Assembly (NCBI GenBank): GCA_023150835.1
Contig: JAKLKB010000005.1
Coordinates: forward strand, 1-64,000
Direction: 5' to 3'
Origin: Myxococcota bacterium
Lineage (GTDB): Bacteria > Myxococcota_C > UBA6777
DNA length: 64,000 nt
The position numbers and the translations under genes were made by a program. The notes under the pieces are model-generated. The model did no database searches and was not told the origin of the DNA. It was given only the letters and a program-made list of their open reading frames with translations. How positions within the stretch are numbered: the first letter of the stretch is position 1; each line of letters opens with the position of its first letter. Positions 56,990 to 64,000 of this stretch are shown piece after piece.

Positions 56990-59125
56990 ATGTGGATTGA
57001 ACCGCATGATCTGATCGGACGACAAGTCGGAAAGTACCGATTCCTTGAACGCATCGGGCGCGGAGGGATGGCCTTTGTGTACCGAGGAGAACACGTCGAC
57101 ATGGCCCAACCCATCGCGATCAAAGTTCTCTTCCAAAAACACAGTCAGTCCCCCGAAAAACGCGCTCGCTTTCATCGCGAAGCCCAACTCCAATTCCGAT
57201 TGCGTCATCCCCATCTTGTCCGTAGTTTCGACCTGATCGATGAGCAAGGCATCCTCGGCATCGTCATGGATTGGGTTGATGGATTCGACCTCGCGACCCA
57301 CACCGAACAACATGGCGGACGCCTCGGACTCACCGACCTCAAACCCCTGTTTTTCCCAGTCCTTGAAGTCGTCCACTACGCCCACCGCCAAGGCATCATC
57401 CACCGCGACCTCAAACCCGCCAACATCCTCATCGAACACCGCGAAGGACAAACCATCCCCAAAGTCCTTGACTTCGGCATCGCCAAACTTCTCAACGACA
57501 CCGAATGGCAAACCGAAGAAGGTGTCCTCCTCGGTACACCCGCTTACCTTGCCCCCGAACAAGCCGAACGCGCCCAAATTGACCACCGCGTCGATATCTA
57601 CGCCCTCGGTATCACCTTCTACCAACTCGCCACAGGACAACTCCCCTTCTCTGGAGAAACTGTCCTCGAAGTCCTCCTCGCACACCGCGACAAAAATCCA
57701 CCCCCCATGCGCTTTTGGGATCCCGCCATCCCACCCTCCATCGACTACGTCATCCAAAAAGCCCTCGCCAAAAACCCCAACGAACGCTTTGAAAACTGCG
57801 ATGTCTTTGCCGATGCCCTTCAAGCCGCCTACGTCAACGAACACTATCCCTTTGTCTCCTTAAACGCCCGTGCATCCGAATCCATCGCCAGCACAAAAAC
57901 CGAAATCTCTCTCTCCCCTCACCTTCGCAACCTCGAACCCTCTGCCTCTTCTTTGCCCGATCCACAACTCTTTCCCCGCCTCGCTGCACTTGCCAAACAT
58001 CGCCCACCACCCGACCCATCACCTCAACCCCTCCCCAACCCCCAAAACCCTTCCCCCCTCTCCACCACTTGGAGCCCACCCATCCCTTCTCCTCTCTTGC
58101 TCCCCACCGAAGATACGCCCACCCTCACTCCCCCCAAACCACTCAAAAACACCTTCACTCAGATCACACAGATCTCCCTCGCCGCTTTTTCCGCACCCCC
58201 TCAAACAACCAGCACAACCTCCCGAAACAACAACGCTTTACTGACACCTCACACACCCAGCCACAACGCTTCGCCCATGCCTCGCACACCCATGCCTCGC
58301 ACACCCAGCCACAACGCTTCACCCATGCCTCGCACACCCATGCCTCGCACACCCAGCCACGAAGCCTTACCCACCGTACCCTCCCCAAGCTACGACGCTT
58401 TGCCCACCGTACCCTCCCCAAGCTACGGCGAGTTGCCCACCGTACCCTCCCCAAGCTACGGCGATTTGCCCACCGTACCCTCCTCCCCAAGCTACGGCAG
58501 CCTCTCTGCCGCCATCACCCCTCCTCACAAGCTCTCTGCTCCACCTCTTTCTTCTCGAATCATCTCACCCACCGATCCAACCGACGTCTCGCCCCCTCCA
58601 AACCATCCGCTCTCACCTCTATCCGAATCTCTCCGTCTTCTCGATCCCAACGACGAGATCGACTCCATGATCCTTCGCCTCTATCAATCCCCGCCGCCCT
58701 CCGATCCACCCACACCCGACCACTCGACACCCATCCCGCCTCTTTCCCCTCCTGCCGACTCGCCGCATCGCCTCGACTTCACGCCAGAACAACTCCCCTC
58801 CTCTTTTCTTTCTGAGCCGGTCTCTTCCGAGGGTATTGATCGCACAAACAACGCTCCTCTCACCTCCCATCCAAGCACCCGCCTCCCCGCTCACCCCTCT
58901 TTCGACGTGAAGCCTTCGAGGAACCCAACGGGCGCACCGACCCGCCTCCCCGCTCCCCCCTCTTTCGACTCGTCGCTCCCCTCACACACCACAGCCCGAA
59001 ACGCCGTCCCTCCCCAAAAAAACCTCTCCGCCAAACCAGAAGGCTTCGACTTTCGCATCGCACTGTTTTTTGGCCTGCTGATCGGCTTCCTTCTCTTTCT
59101 CGTCGTCCGCTTCTTCCCCCGATAA
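56990..59125 (+). CDS. Ser/Thr protein kinase with Pro/Ser/Thr-rich repeat linker and C-terminal TM anchor
   Basis: IGRGGMAFVY, AIK, HRDLKPAN, DFG, YLAPEQ; terminal hydrophobic helix. Confidence 0.95.
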   Translation: MWIEPHDLIGRQVGKYRFLERIGRGGMAFVYRGEHVDMAQPIAIKVLFQKHSQSPEKRARFHREAQLQFRLRHPHLVRSFDLIDEQGILGIVMDWVDGFDLATHTEQHGGRLGLTDLKPLFFPVLEVVHYAHRQGIIHRDLKPANILIEHREGQTIPKVLDFGIAKLLNDTEWQTEEGVLLGTPAYLAPEQAERAQIDHRVDIYALGITFYQLATGQLPFSGETVLEVLLAHRDKNPPPMRFWDPAIPPSIDYVIQKALAKNPNERFENCDVFADALQAAYVNEHYPFVSLNARASESIASTKTEISLSPHLRNLEPSASSLPDPQLFPRLAALAKHRPPPDPSPQPLPNPQNPSPLSTTWSPPIPSPLLLPTEDTPTLTPPKPLKNTFTQITQISLAAFSAPPQTTSTTSRNNNALLTPHTPSHNASPMPRTPMPRTPSHNASPMPRTPMPRTPSHEALPTVPSPSYDALPTVPSPSYGELPTVPSPSYGDLPTVPSSPSYGSLSAAITPPHKLSAPPLSSRIISPTDPTDVSPPPNHPLSPLSESLRLLDPNDEIDSMILRLYQSPPPSDPPTPDHSTPIPPLSPPADSPHRLDFTPEQLPSSFLSEPVSSEGIDRTNNAPLTSHPSTRLPAHPSFDVKPSRNPTGAPTRLPAPPSFDSSLPSHTTARNAVPPQKNLSAKPEGFDFRIALFFGLLIGFLLFLVVRFFPR

Positions 59126-59238
59126 TACGATATCCGCGAGATGTGTTACCGAAGATGGGCGCGGAGATACCCTGTGATTGGGCAGCCACACCTGTCCGCC
59201 TCTACATCTTTACGATCACACTACAGGCGGATTTCGTA
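59126..59238 (-). mobile_element. 113-bp MITE-like element, family B copy 5
   Basis: tacgatatccg...cggatttcgta; starts immediately after the kinase TAA stop; right flank TTA. Confidence 0.85.
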
Positions 59239-59284
59239 TTATCCGCCCCTTCCCCCGAGAATCCACCTCTTTCGCACCGAGGGA

Positions 59285-62104
59285 TCAGCCCGTACTCTTC
59301 AAGCCGCCTGCAACGCCACCGATGGTAAGAAATACGTCTCGCATCAATTGCTGTGCTTCCAAAGAATTGGGATCGCCAAGACCGCGCAACTGCCGCAACA
59401 ATCGGATCTGCAAAAAATTCAACGGATCGATGTACGGGTTGCGCAGCGCGATCAAACGCTGCAACATCGGTCGATTGTCCAACAGAGTTTTGTGCTCGCT
59501 GACTTGCAACACCCAATGCGTCGACTCATCAAAGGATTCTTTGATATGCGAAAACACCTTGTGCCGGATCTGCGCATCTTCGACCAACATCGAATAATGC
59601 TCCGCGATCCCCATGTCTGCTTTACACAACGAAAGTTCTGCGTTGTTCACAAGACTGTAAAAGAACGGCCAGTCCCGATACATCTCTCGCAACAACGCCA
59701 ACCGCGATGCACTTGACGCAAAACAACGAAACGCTTCGCCGATCCCGTACCATCCCGGCAACGCATGACGCGACTGCATCCAACTAAACACCCAAGGAAT
59801 CGCCCGCAACTGCGCGATCGTCGAAGACGCCGAACGCCTCGCAGGGCGAGAACCCAAACGCAATTGACTCAGTTCGTTGATCGGCGTGGCTTGGCTCCAA
59901 TACACCAAAGTGTCGGGATCCTCGTACACAAAGCGCCGATACGCCGCACGCGCCACTTCTGCAAGCTCGTCCATCGCTTCACGCCAAGATGCCTTCGGAG
60001 CCACTTGTTCGGGATGAACAGGGCAACTTGCGATCAACACCGCATGAAGCACTTGTTCCAAGTGCCGCCTTGCCACTTCGGGATGTCCATAACGCTGATC
60101 GATCACTTCGCCCTGTTCGGTGATCCGGATCCGACCGTTGATGGTGTCGGGTGGCTGCGCCAAGATCCCTTGGTTGGCAGGCCCGCCCCCTCGGGCGATC
60201 GTCCCTCCCCGCCCATGAAACAATGTCAGCGCCACACCATGCGCCCGACAACAACGGGCGATCTCTTCTTGGGCTTTATACAGCTCCCAGTTCGCCGACA
60301 CAAAACCCGCGTCCTTGTTGCTGTCCGAATAACCGATCATCACGATCTGCTGCATCCCGCAATCGCGCAAATGTTGCGCATACAACGGATGTGTAAACAT
60401 CTCCGTCAAGATCGCTGGTGCCGCCCGAAGATCCGCCACCGTCTCAAACAACGGCGCGATCTTCATCGTCTCCCCACCATCCCGACGCAAGCTCAATCCC
60501 GACCAACGCGCCAACAACAACACGCTCAACAGATCATCCACACCGTTGGTCATGCTGATGATGTACGGCCCCAAGATATCCGCCCCATACACATCCACAC
60601 CCCGACGCAACAACCGAAACAACTCCACCGTATCTTGCGCCTCTTGCGATAAACCCTGAAGCATCGAAAGATCGGGCGGCCAACACCCCAACTGCGCCGT
60701 CAACCATCCGATCCGCTCCTCCCGCTTCATCTCGCCATAACCTTCGCAGATCCCCATCCGATCAAACAATTCGTTCAATACACTGCGGTTTGAATCGCTC
60801 AACTGTCGGATATCCAGCCGCATCGCTCGCAAGCCAAACCCTTCAGCTTGATGCAAATATCCCCGTAACTCCGCCGAAGACGCCGCATCAAAACCATGCG
60901 CTTCAAGCTGGTGCAACATCTCTCGCAAAGGCTCACTCAACTGTTCGCTCTTGCGCAAATACGGCGACTCTTCTCCTACCTCTCCCAACAAACGCGGCTT
61001 GATCTTTTCTTTCTTTGCTTCTTCTAGATCTGCCGCCAACAACGCCATCCGCTGCCGAAACGGCTCCTCTGGATAACGTTCCGCGATATACATCGCATAT
61101 TTCTCAGGCCGCGTACTCCCCGTCAGCGCCGCCACCACCTCCTCCTCCAACCCCAACAACTCCTGCGAAACGCTCATATAACGGTCGAGATCCAACGCCG
61201 TCTGCCAATGCCGCTCCAACGCACGCCGACGATGCCAACGCAACGCAGAAGCCGTCGTCTCTGCCGTCACGTTTGGGTTCCCGTCTCGATCTCCCCCGAT
61301 CCACGAACCAAATGACAAAAACCGCCTTGGGGGTTTCACCGTCGGATAATACCGACGCAATGACGAAAGAAACGCCTCGTACACTTGCGGCAACACCTGC
61401 CACAACGTCGCCTCCAAGTAGTACAACCCCGTCCATACTTCATCCAACACGGTCGGAGCGGTCTTTGCGGCACGTTCTGTCACCCATAACGTCGTGATCT
61501 CCCCGCGTATCCGCTCCAACATCTCCTCGCGCTCGCTCGGCAAGAGATGCCTTACTTCCATCTCCAGCATGGTATTCGCCACTTGCCGCAGCTTCGCAAG
61601 GACGGTTCGACGCTTAGGCTCTGTTGGGTGCGCTGTAAACACCAACTCCACTTCCAGTTCATCCACGATCCGTTGCACTTGCTCTGCGCTCACACCGCGA
61701 TCTCGCAACGTACAAAACGCATCCGCCAACGACTCCCGCAACGGCGTCGGATGGCTCGCCCTTTGACGCCCCCGCAACATCCGAACCCGATGATGCTCCT
61801 CCGCCAGATTCACCAACTCAAAATGCGCTGTAAACGCCCGCGCAGCCTCGCTTACCTCTCGCGAGGTCAACGTCGCCACACGCTCCATCAACGCCTTCTC
61901 GGTCTCCTCATGCCTTGTGCGACCTCGCTCCTCGTCCAACCGCCTCCGCCGCGTCAACGCCAAGATCTCATCCAGCCGCCCGACGATCTCCGCACCTGCG
62001 TGCTTTTCCATCGCTACGTGCAACATCCCCGTCAACAACAACACATCCGCCTGAAACGACGACAACTGCTCCCGCGTTAACGCATCCTCCTCAAACCGCT
62101 CCAC
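59285..62104 (-). CDS. ppc: Phosphoenolpyruvate carboxylase
   Basis: VFTAHPTE, SWIGGDRDGNP, MIGYSDSNKD, FHGRGG, TEQGE, LRAIPWVFSW; GTG start inferred. Confidence 0.97.
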   Translation of the reverse strand: MERFEEDALTREQLSSFQADVLLLTGMLHVAMEKHAGAEIVGRLDEILALTRRRRLDEERGRTRHEETEKALMERVATLTSREVSEAARAFTAHFELVNLAEEHHRVRMLRGRQRASHPTPLRESLADAFCTLRDRGVSAEQVQRIVDELEVELVFTAHPTEPKRRTVLAKLRQVANTMLEMEVRHLLPSEREEMLERIRGEITTLWVTERAAKTAPTVLDEVWTGLYYLEATLWQVLPQVYEAFLSSLRRYYPTVKPPRRFLSFGSWIGGDRDGNPNVTAETTASALRWHRRRALERHWQTALDLDRYMSVSQELLGLEEEVVAALTGSTRPEKYAMYIAERYPEEPFRQRMALLAADLEEAKKEKIKPRLLGEVGEESPYLRKSEQLSEPLREMLHQLEAHGFDAASSAELRGYLHQAEGFGLRAMRLDIRQLSDSNRSVLNELFDRMGICEGYGEMKREERIGWLTAQLGCWPPDLSMLQGLSQEAQDTVELFRLLRRGVDVYGADILGPYIISMTNGVDDLLSVLLLARWSGLSLRRDGGETMKIAPLFETVADLRAAPAILTEMFTHPLYAQHLRDCGMQQIVMIGYSDSNKDAGFVSANWELYKAQEEIARCCRAHGVALTLFHGRGGTIARGGGPANQGILAQPPDTINGRIRITEQGEVIDQRYGHPEVARRHLEQVLHAVLIASCPVHPEQVAPKASWREAMDELAEVARAAYRRFVYEDPDTLVYWSQATPINELSQLRLGSRPARRSASSTIAQLRAIPWVFSWMQSRHALPGWYGIGEAFRCFASSASRLALLREMYRDWPFFYSLVNNAELSLCKADMGIAEHYSMLVEDAQIRHKVFSHIKESFDESTHWVLQVSEHKTLLDNRPMLQRLIALRNPYIDPLNFLQIRLLRQLRGLGDPNSLEAQQLMRDVFLTIGGVAGGLKSTG

Positions 62105-62367
62105 CTTCCGTTCCTCCCTATCCTTCGTTGAAAACACGCTCTCACGCCAACGATCCTCTCGCCTAACCACACACCGAAACGATCCGCGCAAATTTCGTGA
62201 ACACCTTTGCTCGATCATTCGACAAAGCCACCGAAGACTCTAGCCTCCGACACAAAAATGTGTCAACTTTCCAAGACTCACCGCTGCTCCGAGCCGAATC
62301 GCATCTTTGCACAATACAACACGCTCGGGCGCATCTTTTTTCCTTTCGGACCTTGTAGGAAGACAAC

Positions 62368-62862
62368 ATGTCACAAAGTGCTTTTGATGAAGCTCGCCAA
62401 ACTGCCGCCGCCAGCGCCAAACAGATCGCGCAAAAACTCGGGCTGCGCTCGGACGAAGTCTCCATCCTCCTTTGCAGTTCGGATGGTTCTTCGCTGCGCT
62501 TCCTCTACCCTGAAGCTCTCTTCAAAACGGGCATCCGCCTTCCCAACGACCGCAACTCGCTCGCTGGACAGGCCATCTACTACCAAAAACCACAACTCCA
62601 CAACAACATGACCCAAATCAAGCGTATGGCCTTCTTTGAGCGCGTCAAAACAGGCGAAGAATCCCCCACCCCCATCCAAAAAATGCTCACCCTCCCGATC
62701 CTCAACGGAAACAACGTCACCGCCATCGTCCAATGCAGCCGAAAAGCCAAAACCCTCGAAGAAGCCGGCCCCGACTTCACCAAAGACGATATCGCCGCAC
62801 TCGCAGAAGATCTCTTCGAGATCGCCACCCTCCTCCCTCTCCTTCGCCCCACCGACTTTTAA
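62368..62862 (+). CDS. Stand-alone GAF-like domain protein
   Basis: VSILL..LRF, SLAGQA, IQKMLTLPI..AIVQ..K..DFTKDD pattern; AGGA RBS. Confidence 0.72.
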   Translation: MSQSAFDEARQTAAASAKQIAQKLGLRSDEVSILLCSSDGSSLRFLYPEALFKTGIRLPNDRNSLAGQAIYYQKPQLHNNMTQIKRMAFFERVKTGEESPTPIQKMLTLPILNGNNVTAIVQCSRKAKTLEEAGPDFTKDDIAALAEDLFEIATLLPLLRPTDF

Positions 62863-62875
62863 CCACAAATCCCCG

Positions 62876-63733
62876 TCAATCCGCAGGAATCGAGCCTTCG
62901 CTTTGTGGCTGTGAAGCGGCCACCGTCGTGGGTTCGTCGGGCACTTTCAACGCCATCTGTTGCCACCATTCCGCTTCCAACAATCGCTTGCGATCAGGGT
63001 TTGTGATCCGAGCCAAAAAGCAGTAGCCCGTCTCTTCTTCGAGTACACGCACAGACATCGCGTACGACCACAGATCGGCAGCGCGCACCTCTTCGTTGGG
63101 AAGCACAAACGCAATACAACGATCGTGTTTGTACGAATACACCACCTTATAAAACCGACGTGGTACGGGGATGTCCGACACACGCTGATTGCGCTCCCCA
63201 TACAACGGACCCGCCACCACCGCCAGTTTTCCCAGCCCGAGCGTCCACTTGCGCACCAACATCTCCAAACTCCGCCACGCCTGCCGATTGAGCCTTGGAT
63301 GCTGGAGCGCAACACAACTCATCGCAAAGGTCTCATCGTTGCTTTCGCGTGAAAAATCCACCGCAGCACTCGGCACCAGATGCCCTTTGTCGTAACCCGA
63401 ATTGCGAAACGCATCGGGTTTCACACGATACTTCTCGGGGACCTCAGGATCGGCATAAAAGCGATCTCCTCGATCTGTGTCCACTCCGATCGAATGGCGC
63501 GAGATAATGTACGACACCCACAACGCCGTCTTGCGCTTGAAACAATAACCCGCGCTGTATCCAATCCGATCAAGCACCAGATCGCTCGGACAAGGCTCTC
63601 CCACCGCTCGGTGATTGCGAAAACGAAACACCCACGTATACGTCCGATGTCGATGCGGCCAGATGTACCGCACAAACAGATGATACAACCCACCACCCAC
63701 CACCGCTGCCAAAAGATGCGTCACGATCCACAC
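62876..63733 (-). CDS. DNA/RNA non-specific endonuclease (Serratia NucA/EndoG type) with N-terminal hydrophobic anchor
   Basis: SGYDKGHLVP, LNRQAWRSLE, GPLY, IPVPRRFYKV, AFVLPN. Confidence 0.92.
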   Translation of the reverse strand: MWIVTHLLAAVVGGGLYHLFVRYIWPHRHRTYTWVFRFRNHRAVGEPCPSDLVLDRIGYSAGYCFKRKTALWVSYIISRHSIGVDTDRGDRFYADPEVPEKYRVKPDAFRNSGYDKGHLVPSAAVDFSRESNDETFAMSCVALQHPRLNRQAWRSLEMLVRKWTLGLGKLAVVAGPLYGERNQRVSDIPVPRRFYKVVYSYKHDRCIAFVLPNEEVRAADLWSYAMSVRVLEEETGYCFLARITNPDRKRLLEAEWWQQMALKVPDEPTTVAASQPQSEGSIPAD

Positions 63734-63759
63734 AGCAACCCTCCATCACGAAAATTCGC

Positions 63760-63999
63760 TCAAACAGCCCTTGATGATCGCGGTCGGATCGCTTGGATCA
63801 CCAACATCTCATCGCCCTCTTCCCACGGCGTTTTGTGCAGATCACAATAACAACCGCCGATCACAAACCCCACTTCCTCCAACATCGACACCAACTGCGC
63901 TTGGTGCAGATAACGCTGTGGGATCGCATACACTTGTTCGCTCTCCACACCGTCTTCCGTTGTTCGGTACAGATAATAAGCATCCCAACGCTGTTCGCT
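63760..63999 (-). CDS. C-terminal part of a probable SAM-dependent methyltransferase (truncated by the window edge)
   Basis: Frame open to the window end; QRYL..QLVSMLEEVGF..YCDL..PW..EMLVIQA resembles the C-terminus of the 38396-39205 type. Confidence 0.55.
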   Translation of the reverse strand, partial: SEQRWDAYYLYRTTEDGVESEQVYAIPQRYLHQAQLVSMLEEVGFVIGGCYCDLHKTPWEEGDEMLVIQAIRPRSSRAV

Positions 64000-64000
64000 C

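Noticed and set aside
62876-63733. Nuclease as part of an anti-phage defence island
   Set aside because: Neighbours are ppc, a GAF protein and a probable small-molecule methyltransferase; no defence-type partners are visible within the window
1-64000. Prophage, autonomous IS, tRNA or rRNA genes
   Set aside because: No integrase, transposase, phage structural motifs or recognisable tRNA/rRNA sequence was seen

Overview
GC-rich (roughly 55-60%) bacterial chromosome segment. It is most likely from a Myxococcota/deltaproteobacterium, judged from a MYXO-CTERM-like sorting signal, Cys-rich EICDxxDNDCDG repeats, several Hanks kinases and an FHA protein. About 38 genes are supported. Metabolic and housekeeping genes: thioredoxin, alkB plus TetR, nagZ, class V aminotransferase, UDP-sugar dehydrogenase and epimerase, leuS, ppc. 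Signalling genes: a VWA-histidine kinase-OmpR operon interrupted by a UPF0175/DUF3368 toxin-antitoxin pair; an FHA / pseudokinase-kinase / ECF sigma / zinc-finger-TPR cluster; a second Ser/Thr kinase; a GAF protein. There are also many secreted or membrane proteins. No rRNA, tRNA, CRISPR array, transposase or phage genes were seen. Main highlights: (1) two adjacent giant envelope proteins (~1290 and ~2570 aa) carrying three copies of one uncharacterised ~900-aa module; (2) a metzincin protease ORF with an internal MYXO-CTERM followed by a second signal peptide and domain, a possible polyprotein; (3) an interlocking set of miniature mobile elements: a 113-bp MITE with TNA target duplications and a REP core, a 116-bp MITE with a 6-bp duplication, and a six-copy ~122-bp structured repeat; (4) a phased 42-bp tandem array; (5) synonymous GATC enrichment and patchy strand skew. 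All family assignments come from motif reading only; no database searches were run.
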